A stretch of DNA of 64,000 bases, taken from positions 1-64,000 of the IMG/VR virus record IMGVR_UViG_2713896899_000007; one strand, given 5' to 3'. How positions within the stretch are numbered: the stretch's first letter is position 1; every line of letters begins with the position of its first letter. Below, in pieces: positions 20,732 to 29,483 of the stretch. The DNA is from a virus (lineage: Duplodnaviria; Heunggongvirae; Uroviricota; Caudoviricetes). A model generated the notes under the pieces. The model saw nothing but the letters and a program-made list of their open reading frames with translations. It was not told where the DNA came from and did no database searches. The translations under genes were made by a program, and so were the position numbers.

Positions 20732-21607
20732 TTAAATTTTTACATTGGTCAGTGCAGCGATAGCCTTATCGTGCTTATTCGCCAGAGAGCAGTACCACTT
20801 CACACGGGTACGTACTGCGTCTTTGTTCTGTACAGTACCAATGTTTTCAACAACGATACCTGCGTTGTCGCCGCCATACAGACCAGTAACGCCGTTCTCT
20901 TCTGACAGATGCAGGCAGTAGATGCTTGCTTTGCCAGCATCGGTCGGGATGAAGTCGTTGATGATGAACGGAACGCCGTTATGACACAGCATCGGACGAC
21001 CGAAGTTCTCCATCATGATTTCAGACGGACCTACGTTTACTGTACGCAGCAGCGCACGGTAAGCACGAAGGTGCTCTGAACGCATCATGATGCAGTCAGC
21101 ACCAAGATCTTTCACCGCATCGACCAGTTCGTCGAACATAGAGAAAGTCATAGATGCACCGGCGATATCGATCTTCTGATCTGCGTGCATCAGGCGTGGA
21201 ATGCCGTCAAACGCTTTGTTGTTGGTGCTGGAGTCACCCAAAATCAGATTGCGACGGAACGCACGAGCCAGACCTTTAACTTTCTGACGAACCTGAATAG
21301 CCAACTGGTTATTGGTGTCGGCCATAGTGGTCGCCAGGAATTTATCAACGTCTACGTCACCAGCCAGAATACGCAGTTTCGCAACGCATTCTTCGAAGGT
21401 TGCTGCACCTTCCGGGATGGTGTCGTTAACGTCGATGAAGGTAGCTTCACTCAGCGTTTTTTCACGGTTGTACAGATATGCCTTTGAATTAATTTTCATA
21501 AAAGGCAGGATGGCAAACAGGTCATCGCGATCAATGATAGTTTCGATCACACCCTGTTCGAGTTCGTTGTTAGACAGCTTTTCAGCTTCTTCACGCAGTA
21601 ATGGCAT
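20732..21607 (-). CDS. putative major capsid protein
   Basis: 291-aa ORF following the scaffold-like gene; position only. Confidence 0.5.
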   Translation of the reverse strand: MPLLREEAEKLSNNELEQGVIETIIDRDDLFAILPFMKINSKAYLYNREKTLSEATFIDVNDTIPEGAATFEECVAKLRILAGDVDVDKFLATTMADTNNQLAIQVRQKVKGLARAFRRNLILGDSSTNNKAFDGIPRLMHADQKIDIAGASMTFSMFDELVDAVKDLGADCIMMRSEHLRAYRALLRTVNVGPSEIMMENFGRPMLCHNGVPFIINDFIPTDAGKASIYCLHLSEENGVTGLYGGDNAGIVVENIGTVQNKDAVRTRVKWYCSLANKHDKAIAALTNVKI

Positions 21608-21632
21608 CTATCAATTCCCTTTGATTTAGATG

Positions 21633-22520
21633 TTACTTAAGTCCAATTTTCCCCAGACCGGAGGCCAACTTATCCATAGTCGACTTGTTCTTCGGTTGGG
21701 ATATTGTGTAGGTCGATTTGGAATGTGAGCCTACACCCTGCTTGGCTTCGCTACGCATCAATGCGTCAGCTTCCGGATCTGCCCGCACAATGCGTTCAAT
21801 CGCGGATTCAAACGGCAACGGCTTACCTTCACCGTCAACCAGAACAGCTCGTTCTTTATGACCTGCCGGTTTGTCATAACCCACTACGCTACCGTCTTCA
21901 CCCACTTCAAAATGAGAACCGTAGATCACGCGGGCTTTTGCCGGAGTCATCAGAACTTTGTCACGTAGGAAGAGAGAGTTACTGAAGGAAGCGCCCACGG
22001 TCATCTCGACTAATTGAGATTTCAGTGATGCGTTTTCACTTTCCAGTGCTGCATAACGTTCGTCACGCTGTGCCAGCTCTGCCTGGTGTGCTTCGATCAT
22101 CTGTTTTTTAACAGCATCGAACTCACCACGACGCTCCAGTTCAGCTTGCTCCGCCTCACGACGTGCGTTTTCTGCGGCCTGTTCAGCTTCTAAAAGCTGG
22201 CGAGCACGCGCCGGATCGATATCACCGTACTGAGCAAGCTGATCGGCCAATGTGCGCTCTTTCTCTTTGCGCTTCATGTTCTCCTTCAGCAGTTCAGCAC
22301 CAGCTTTCTTGGTTTTACGAAGTTCGGCCAGTAACTCTTCCTGAGTCATGCCAGCGTATTCGTCATCGCCCTTCGGCTGCTCTTTTTGTTCACCCTGTTT
22401 GTCAGGATCTTGTGTACTCTGCTCATTATCAGCAGCTACACCGCCAGCGCCTCCACGCTCATGCGCCTCAGCGACATCCATCAGACCACGACGGGCCAAA
22501 AGCATTTGCCACAGATTCAT
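21633..22520 (-). CDS. putative scaffolding protein
   Basis: highly charged coiled-coil-like protein between portal and capsid. Confidence 0.45.
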   Translation of the reverse strand: MNLWQMLLARRGLMDVAEAHERGGAGGVAADNEQSTQDPDKQGEQKEQPKGDDEYAGMTQEELLAELRKTKKAGAELLKENMKRKEKERTLADQLAQYGDIDPARARQLLEAEQAAENARREAEQAELERRGEFDAVKKQMIEAHQAELAQRDERYAALESENASLKSQLVEMTVGASFSNSLFLRDKVLMTPAKARVIYGSHFEVGEDGSVVGYDKPAGHKERAVLVDGEGKPLPFESAIERIVRADPEADALMRSEAKQGVGSHSKSTYTISQPKNKSTMDKLASGLGKIGLK

Positions 22521-22541
22521 AAAAATTCCTTTTGTTACTTA

Positions 22542-24116
22542 TCACTCGTTCTCTTGAGTAGATGAGTCCCCATTCCCTCGGGGTTGATCTTGCCCGCTTT
22601 CTTGGGCTGCACCACGATCATAAGTAAGTGCTGACTTATTTTCAAGGGTATTTAGATCATTTTTTGGCGGAAAATTCAAGAGATCTTTATCAAATTCCTT
22701 TTTCATCGCCTCAGTAATGTTCGGGAAAATCTTCTCAATAAGCATTTCCATCTGGTGACGACGTACAGAGTCCGGTGCCTGAAGTAATGACAGTTTCTCG
22801 GCAACAGAAAATTCATCTGTAAGGCCACGAATATCGAAACTTTCTGGATACGCTATTAAAGAGTGGTCTTCGTCCAGATCTACCCCCATCCATTTCGCAA
22901 CCAGTAGCATGATTTGGCGTTCAGCCCTTTCCAGACGCTCTGCTTTTGTGACAAGCAAGCTATTTACACGCTGGAAGTCATACATTTTTGCGGCACCAGA
23001 TGAGTTATCGATTCCCTGTGCGTTGTCCTGCTTCGTTCGCTCACCAGCTACACCAACTGAATGGTAGATTTCGTTAATCACCGTCTTAATCGTAGTGATG
23101 ATCATCTGAGCTTGTTTCGGGTCTGGTGACAGATAAAACGGCTGGTTTCCACCTTCAGAATCGTAGGTGAAGACTCGCTTTGTGCCCATTTCAAGCACTT
23201 TAGTGTGGTTTTCATCACCAGGTAAAAGCGACTGTACCGGTATAGCCAACTGGCTAAATGTCTGATCCTGAATAATGGCATCAAGGTTTGACAGATAGTT
23301 TGCAACCGCACGATCAAGATAAGCGATATCATCGATCAACGATGGGCTGAAATACGGTGATTCACTTTCTCCAATACAATCAACAGGAAACACAGGAACT
23401 ACGCCGAGATTATGCTCACCGCTATCCTCTAAAATAACTTTTGCCTGACGGCGACCTGCTCCACCAGCGCCCTTCTTCACTTCCTCACGGAACAGATACC
23501 ACTCGTTTTGTGTCCACAGACGATAACGTTGGTATTCCTGACCTGTAGAAGTAAAAGGATCTGCGTCATCACGAGCGACTTCCACAATTAACGCCCACAA
23601 CATATTCCCGTCGTCGTCCCATGCCACATCCAGCATTTGCTGAGGTGAAATCCAGTAGGCGTAGGCGCGAGCATCTTTCTTTTTCTCGTCAGCTACTGAC
23701 TCAACATCACCACTCATCGTGCTATCGACAACAACCCATATGCGACCGTAAATAGACGACTGCAAATCAATAGCGGCCATAAATGAGTCAATAGAGGCAT
23801 TCTGGCGAGTCGCACGTTTCCAGAAATTGCGGATCTGCTCTGGTGCCTCTTCGATATTTCTATGAATGTCTTCTTTAAAGAGATATTTGTTGATGAGGTT
23901 TACCACCTCACGAGTGTGGTTGAAGCGATAAGCACGCTCAACTCGCTCCTTAAACTCCTGATCTCCCTCTTTAAAGTAACGAAAGATATTGTCTGTAAAC
24001 CAACCACGCCCGCCAGCGTAAGTGCTGGCGAGGAAGTCCCAATGTTCTTTTTTCTTTTCGTATTCCGGGTGGCGTCGCGCCACCAGATCCTTAATTTGTT
24101 TGTCGTTCAATTCCAT
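22542..24116 (-). CDS. putative portal protein
   Basis: 524-aa ORF directly after large terminase. Confidence 0.6.
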   Translation of the reverse strand: MELNDKQIKDLVARRHPEYEKKKEHWDFLASTYAGGRGWFTDNIFRYFKEGDQEFKERVERAYRFNHTREVVNLINKYLFKEDIHRNIEEAPEQIRNFWKRATRQNASIDSFMAAIDLQSSIYGRIWVVVDSTMSGDVESVADEKKKDARAYAYWISPQQMLDVAWDDDGNMLWALIVEVARDDADPFTSTGQEYQRYRLWTQNEWYLFREEVKKGAGGAGRRQAKVILEDSGEHNLGVVPVFPVDCIGESESPYFSPSLIDDIAYLDRAVANYLSNLDAIIQDQTFSQLAIPVQSLLPGDENHTKVLEMGTKRVFTYDSEGGNQPFYLSPDPKQAQMIITTIKTVINEIYHSVGVAGERTKQDNAQGIDNSSGAAKMYDFQRVNSLLVTKAERLERAERQIMLLVAKWMGVDLDEDHSLIAYPESFDIRGLTDEFSVAEKLSLLQAPDSVRRHQMEMLIEKIFPNITEAMKKEFDKDLLNFPPKNDLNTLENKSALTYDRGAAQESGQDQPRGNGDSSTQENE

Positions 24117-24142
24117 TTGAATAACCTTAGATAATTACTTAC

Positions 24143-25399
24143 CTATCTAGAACCACCAAGAATAACACGGTTTTTGACTGGATACCTACGATGTACTGGA
24201 TAGCCCAATGCGTCTGCACTATGCTCAATGCCACCTGTCTTATCCATATCTCGTGTTCCAGGCTTGTAGATGACTTTTTCCAGTGAATCAATCAAATGCT
24301 TGCACTTCGGATCGATATACAACCGGATATCTCCAGATGCGGTCATCAGCATTCGGTTAACAGCATTAACACGATCCGCAATTGGCGGGTGCTTTTTCGA
24401 ATAATCGACACGTAAGAATCCCTTCTCTTTGAAAATGTCGACGTCAGACTCCCCGCGAGCATGTTGGCGATAAGCACCTGCCGGATCTGGAAATACCGTT
24501 ATCTGTGATTTCCAGCGCCAGAAGCGTCTCTCAAGCTCATCACAAACCTCTGCCGTGTTAGAGGAAAAGAGCACCAATTCATCAATTGCCCATAGCTCAC
24601 CATTTGGCTGAGGTTGCAAAATTACTGAAGACATCGGGTCAATGTTGAAGTCCTGCCCTACCCATATAGGCAACCGAGGGTTGAACTGAAGCGGTTTTAC
24701 ATGCACGTTACGATCGAACGGGTAGTAAACGCGCCCGGACATGTTCTCAAAGCTCGCCAGGTACTCCTGAGCGAACGATTTCGGGTCCATATCGTTCTTA
24801 GCAGCTTCAATTTCCGCCGTAGGTACAAACGGAGAATCGGCAGTTACAAACTGCCAGCTCTTCCACTGTCCCTTTCTTTGCAGCTCTACGTTCTGGCCTA
24901 TAGTCCACAGTTTGTGAAATTCCGAGAAGCCTTTTGGCGTACCAATGATCAGTGCACCGCCGCGTGTCGATGAAAGAGTAGGTCGTAACACCTTGTACCA
25001 GGTGTCAGCCTTCATATCCTGAAATTCATCAAGCACTACAAAATGCAACGCTACGCCGCGCAGAGTGTCAGGCTTATCAGCACCTTTGAGGGCGATCTCC
25101 GAACCGTTCTTCAACACGATTGTCATCGTGGTGTCGTTCTTTTTCCTAACCCACTTACGAGGCAGAACTTCCTGTAGATCGTCCCACAAAATCTGGCGAG
25201 CCATCTGGTAAGTAGGAGCGACATACCAGACTCTTTGCTTTTTTTCCTTTGCCGCCGCACGAATAATAGTGGAGATCGACAACCGGGATTTTCCCCAGCG
25301 TCGACCAGCACAAACAACTTTAAATCGATGCGGAGACTGGAAGACTTTCATCTGTCCAGAATGCAGTTGCACAAGACTGAGCGAGGACGGGATTGCCAT
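24143..25399 (-). CDS. terminase large subunit
   Basis: N-terminal P-loop (CAGRRWGKS), acidic motif (VVLDEF), C-terminal nuclease-like region; gene order. Confidence 0.7.
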   Translation of the reverse strand: MAIPSSLSLVQLHSGQMKVFQSPHRFKVVCAGRRWGKSRLSISTIIRAAAKEKKQRVWYVAPTYQMARQILWDDLQEVLPRKWVRKKNDTTMTIVLKNGSEIALKGADKPDTLRGVALHFVVLDEFQDMKADTWYKVLRPTLSSTRGGALIIGTPKGFSEFHKLWTIGQNVELQRKGQWKSWQFVTADSPFVPTAEIEAAKNDMDPKSFAQEYLASFENMSGRVYYPFDRNVHVKPLQFNPRLPIWVGQDFNIDPMSSVILQPQPNGELWAIDELVLFSSNTAEVCDELERRFWRWKSQITVFPDPAGAYRQHARGESDVDIFKEKGFLRVDYSKKHPPIADRVNAVNRMLMTASGDIRLYIDPKCKHLIDSLEKVIYKPGTRDMDKTGGIEHSADALGYPVHRRYPVKNRVILGGSR

Positions 25400-26031
25400 T
25401 ATTCGTCCTCCCCTTCACTTCCATCATCTGTCGCATCAAATTCGCTTAGAGCTTCTTCTTCCAACGTCTCAAGCAATTCGTCATCGATGATTTCAGGCTC
25501 GTCGTCTTCCTGACGTAATTTCGCCACCTGGGAAGGCGTAAGCTCACCAAATACCAGGTTCGGAATTTCTTCCTCGTCATTTTCAGCATGATCCATGCCC
25601 AATGCTTTGGACGAAACTTCAAAGCATTTTGCAAGGGTATTACTGGCTCTCTGTAAGCTCTTGAGAGAATCCTCAATCGCCCCTAAAGGCTTACCATCAC
25701 GTTTGGCCGTAGTGACTTCGACCATCACCATCTGCCCCAACGCATACGCCCAGCCGTCATAACGTGTACGACGTTCTTCTATCTTTTCCGCACGGGCTTT
25801 AGCGCGAAGCTCTGCGTCAGATTTAAGAGACTCACGAACCATCTTCCCAACAGAGTCCGCGCCTTTCTCTAATCCTCGCTTTTTGAAATGTCTGGAGAGT
25901 GTTTCACGACGAATGCCGTACTCTTCCTCCAGCTTTGAGAGTGTATATTCGCCTGACGTCCATTTGGCTTCAGCTTCGGCCCACTCCGCTGGTGTCAGGC
26001 GAGTTTTTACCTCGTCTTTTTCGACCGTCAT
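25399..26031 (-). CDS. putative terminase small subunit
   Basis: N-terminal HTH-like segment, acidic C-terminus, start/stop coupled to large terminase; GAGGGA RBS. Confidence 0.5.
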   Translation of the reverse strand: MTVEKDEVKTRLTPAEWAEAEAKWTSGEYTLSKLEEEYGIRRETLSRHFKKRGLEKGADSVGKMVRESLKSDAELRAKARAEKIEERRTRYDGWAYALGQMVMVEVTTAKRDGKPLGAIEDSLKSLQRASNTLAKCFEVSSKALGMDHAENDEEEIPNLVFGELTPSQVAKLRQEDDEPEIIDDELLETLEEEALSEFDATDDGSEGEDE

Positions 26032-26039
26032 AGATCCCT

Positions 26040-26225
26040 CTAAAACACACAGAGCGCGTCCATGCGCTCTAAAACAACTTGTTTACTGCGTATGCTAACC
26101 AACTTGTTTTCTGGGGTGTTTAATTAGGTCTGGGCATGTCTTACTAAGCCTGCTTCCGTATATATTTAATAAGTTACTTATTATTTATATATACGGAAGC
26201 AGGTCTTTAAATAAGCTCCCAGACC
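26040..26225. promoter_or_regulatory. structured region upstream of terminase: short hairpin, motif-B-like element and a long imperfect palindrome; candidate late promoter and/or cos/pac region
   Basis: AGAGCGC...GCGCTCT hairpin; CCTGCTTCCGTATATA...TATATACGGAAGCAGG palindrome at ~26150-26205. Confidence 0.35.
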
Positions 26226-26227
26226 GA

Positions 26228-26494
26228 TTACATCACCAGTAACTTCGCTTTGGCTCGACCTAAAGTGGTTAACCCAAGAGTCCGGCGGTGATAGCGATTG
26301 TCACTGCGTTGGCGCGTATGCCCTTTCTCCACCAGCCCCTTTTTTATCAGAGCGCGAATTGAGAACTGAATACTTTGCTTGGTTGTCTTGTACGGCAAAA
26401 CTTCAAGCAATTCGTCCAGATCAAGTAGATGACCTCGCTCATAACCGAGATTGAGCGTTTTGATGATGTCCTTTTGTTTATCGGTTAACGTCAT
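26228..26494 (-). CDS. small basic protein, possible winged-helix DNA-binding protein
   Basis: 88 aa; last gene of the ParB/ABC/GNAT operon. Confidence 0.35.
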   Translation of the reverse strand: MTLTDKQKDIIKTLNLGYERGHLLDLDELLEVLPYKTTKQSIQFSIRALIKKGLVEKGHTRQRSDNRYHRRTLGLTTLGRAKAKLLVM

Positions 26495-26503
26495 GGCAAA
26501 TCC

Positions 26504-27394
26504 TTATGCCGGTAAAGCAATTTCTAACGGTTTATCCAAAGGTTGTTTGTCGAATGCCAGCAGTGGCAGCGTGTCAGGCAGTCGACGACCAAAGTCAGGG
26601 TTTCGATACACACCATACAACGGAGACGTAAAGCTCAGGTTGTGAATGTCCTTGAGCAGCTTCACAATGCTGGCCTCGTCCACCAGACTGTCGGCAATGT
26701 CCTGAATCGTCGTGCCACGATTCCGCCCAGCTTTTGCCAGGGAACTGTTCTTGTGGTAGTCCGCCACCAGATCACGCAGTGCACGGCGACGACGAGACTC
26801 GCTCATTGCGAACAACTCTTTGACGATCGCCTCGTTATCACCCGGGTCAGAACGGAAATGGCGCTGGAATACACGCAGTGCACTTTCATAGCTCTTCGGT
26901 CGCTCAGGGCGGATGAACTTAAACCCCGCTTTCATGGCGAAGGGATTGTATTTGCTCATCGAGGACTGGATCTCAATGATTGGCCGGTCATGCATCCTGC
27001 TAACCAGGTTAATCATTCGATAAGAGACGCCTACGCCACGATACTGAGTATCCACAACTGAGCGACTGATCACCGCAAAGTTGTTATTCACGTACCGACC
27101 CCAGTACTGGTTAGCCACGGTGGTATTAGTGGTTGGTTTCAACTTAGGAAACATGCGGTGGCGAGGTGCCAACAGTAGTTTCGGGTAAGCCATAACCACG
27201 ACGCCCACCAGACGGTCATCAAGTTCGCAGCGATAGTAAGTTGGCGCGAAAGGTTTGCCGTCTGTTTTGTAGTGAAGCGACTTAAGAGCGTGCCAGTCCT
27301 CTACAGTTCCCTTTGTAACAGTCATTCGCTCCAGAAAGTCCAGATGACGCGGAAACTCTTCAGGGCGGTAGCGTTTAATGATGATGTCCGTCAT
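26504..27394 (-). CDS. GNAT-like acyltransferase-fold protein with extra C-terminal domain (tentative)
   Basis: segment VISRSVVDTQYRGVGVS...FAMKAGFKFI resembles GNAT motifs; start overlaps ATPase stop. Confidence 0.4.
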   Translation of the reverse strand: MTDIIIKRYRPEEFPRHLDFLERMTVTKGTVEDWHALKSLHYKTDGKPFAPTYYRCELDDRLVGVVVMAYPKLLLAPRHRMFPKLKPTTNTTVANQYWGRYVNNNFAVISRSVVDTQYRGVGVSYRMINLVSRMHDRPIIEIQSSMSKYNPFAMKAGFKFIRPERPKSYESALRVFQRHFRSDPGDNEAIVKELFAMSESRRRRALRDLVADYHKNSSLAKAGRNRGTTIQDIADSLVDEASIVKLLKDIHNLSFTSPLYGVYRNPDFGRRLPDTLPLLAFDKQPLDKPLEIALPA

Positions 27395-28056
27395 GAATGG
27401 ACCTCATCGTGACTACCATTGTGATATTCCACCTTCACGCGTTCTTTGTAGTGCTTGGTGATCTGCATATCCGGGCGCAGCGCGTTCTTCAGGTCTTCGT
27501 GAGTCGTCGCCACCATTACCGTCGCACCAACCTTTCGAGCGGCACGCTGGAGGTTAGACGCCACAACCTGAGCGGTTACACGGTCGAGAACAGCGCCGAA
27601 CTCGTCAGCAGCCCACACTTTAGCGTCTGACTCAATCAGTTTGGCAATCTTGAGACGATATTTCTGGCCGTCTGACATTTCAGAAGGCTTGCGAACAAAC
27701 AGATATGCATCGTTCAGACCAGCCATAGATAACAACCCAAGCGCATCACTGGTCGTTTTGCCCAACTGATCGATGACGTTAACCTCATTATCGAAGGTAA
27801 AATCATCGATGGAGGCTACAGACAGCCCTTCATCCTTCATCTGTCGTTGCAACTCGCGCAGCACAACGGATTTGCCGGAACCGGATTGGCCGGTGATGTA
27901 CACCACATCGCCCTGCTTCACTTCCAGCTCCAGATTGTCGTAAAGCGTCCACTCTTTTTCGTCCAGGCCAAGCCCGAACGACTCAGCGATTTCCAATGTG
28001 CGCGTGGTTTTATTTACGCGTGTCTGAAACGATACGTTGATGATGTATTTGCTCAT
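27391..28056 (-). CDS. soluble ABC-type ATPase
   Basis: Walker A GQSGSGKS, signature LSDGQKYRL-like, Walker B AADEFGAVLD, H-loop; no membrane domain. Confidence 0.7.
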   Translation of the reverse strand: MSKYIINVSFQTRVNKTTRTLEIAESFGLGLDEKEWTLYDNLELEVKQGDVVYITGQSGSGKSVVLRELQRQMKDEGLSVASIDDFTFDNEVNVIDQLGKTTSDALGLLSMAGLNDAYLFVRKPSEMSDGQKYRLKIAKLIESDAKVWAADEFGAVLDRVTAQVVASNLQRAARKVGATVMVATTHEDLKNALRPDMQITKHYKERVKVEYHNGSHDEVHS

Positions 28057-28721
28057 GCAGCCATCTCCCCGGAAGAGATCTTCTCCGCATATGCCACAAA
28101 TGCGTCTACCCCGCTTTCTCCCGTCATTTCTTCCATGTGGGCAAGCAAATCACCAACAACAATGGCAGAGCCAGCAGGGAGCGTTTTAAAGCCCAATACG
28201 TCGACAACACGTACTTCTTCCGCTGCAACTTCACGACTGATCTCGGTGTGTTCATCCTTCTGTCGTTTAGTTTCTTCGCCAAGATCGATAACTAGCGAGT
28301 CGGTGTCCATTTCTTCTGTCATACTGCCAACGAGAACATTCAACTCACGCTCTTCAAAGCCGAAAACCTCGATATCGTCCAGAACAAGCGACTCAAGCTC
28401 TTTCTGTAGCTTAATTGCATCGTAATCAATGCTGGCAAGTCGGTTATCTTCAAGGCGCTTCGCACGAACCTCGTCATCACTGAGATCATCGCGAACAATA
28501 ACCGGTACGCGCTCAAGTCCAGCAAAAATTGCAGCCTCACGGCGGCCGTGGCCAGTAATAATTACGTCGTTCTTATCGACCGTAATTGGCTGGTCAAATC
28601 CGCGCTTTTTAATGGCTGCGGCTAGATCTCGGATCTGCTGTTCATCATGCTTTTTGGCATTCATCTCATAGGGAATAAGATCTGCCGGGTCGCGATATAC
28701 GATTTCAAACTTTTTGGTCAT
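28053..28721 (-). CDS. ParB/Srx-fold (ParB-like nuclease domain) protein
   Basis: ITGHGRREAAIFAGLERVPVIV motif; start moved to MTKKFEIVY, which has an AAGGAG RBS. Confidence 0.7.
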   Translation of the reverse strand: MTKKFEIVYRDPADLIPYEMNAKKHDEQQIRDLAAAIKKRGFDQPITVDKNDVIITGHGRREAAIFAGLERVPVIVRDDLSDDEVRAKRLEDNRLASIDYDAIKLQKELESLVLDDIEVFGFEERELNVLVGSMTEEMDTDSLVIDLGEETKRQKDEHTEISREVAAEEVRVVDVLGFKTLPAGSAIVVGDLLAHMEEMTGESGVDAFVAYAEKISSGEMAA

Positions 28722-29401
28722 TACATACGCTCCTTGTAGTAGTCGACCAGCCACACCAGAGCCTCACCAGCGTTCTCCATTTCATTACCGGTGTTAATAG
28801 CCTGCTCTTTGATGATGTTTTTTATGGTTTCTGCAACACGATCTGACGCATCGAAAGTTACTTTGAAGCGCATGGTCTGATGTTCCGCACCCACACGTTC
28901 GGTTTTCTCCCGTTTGTCGGTATCGACAGGCTCATCACTACCACGAGACAACGCCTCCAGTGCTTCAAGGTCGATTGCCGCCTCTTTTGCTAAAACCATC
29001 GAGATTTCGTCGTCATACGGGGCGATTTCAGACAGTTGATAGTCAAGTTCTGACTGAATTTCTTCAATGAAGCGTTGCAATGCGATTTGGTCGTCTTCAC
29101 CGTATCGCTCGTTGTCCACCAGTGACATCTGTTTTGCCACGACATCGCTAATTTTGCCCACAGAAAGCACCGGAACCGTTGAAATTCCTTGCTCAATAGC
29201 AGCACGCCAGCGATGTTCGCCGCCGAGGATTTCAAAAAATCCATCTTCAAGTTCACGAGCCAAAATTGGCTTAAAAAAGCCCAATTTTTCGATAGAACCT
29301 TTCAGTTTTTCAAAATTCTGCGCACCAACCGAATTGGTGTTCCAGGTATTCGGGCGAAGGTTGGCAACATCAACCTGCAAAATCGTGATTTTTACATCCA
29401 T
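28721..29401 (-). CDS. ParB/Srx-fold (ParB-like nuclease domain) protein
   Basis: GGEHRWRAAIEQGISTVPVLSV motif; track start is GTG, moved to next ATG (MDVKITIL). Confidence 0.7.
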   Translation of the reverse strand: MDVKITILQVDVANLRPNTWNTNSVGAQNFEKLKGSIEKLGFFKPILARELEDGFFEILGGEHRWRAAIEQGISTVPVLSVGKISDVVAKQMSLVDNERYGEDDQIALQRFIEEIQSELDYQLSEIAPYDDEISMVLAKEAAIDLEALEALSRGSDEPVDTDKREKTERVGAEHQTMRFKVTFDASDRVAETIKNIIKEQAINTGNEMENAGEALVWLVDYYKERM

Positions 29402-29483
29402 TTTATTGCTACAATCCACTAAGTAACTGCTTACTTATTATAATAGCCAAATAACATACAAAAGGCACTAAGGAAAGAGGTTT

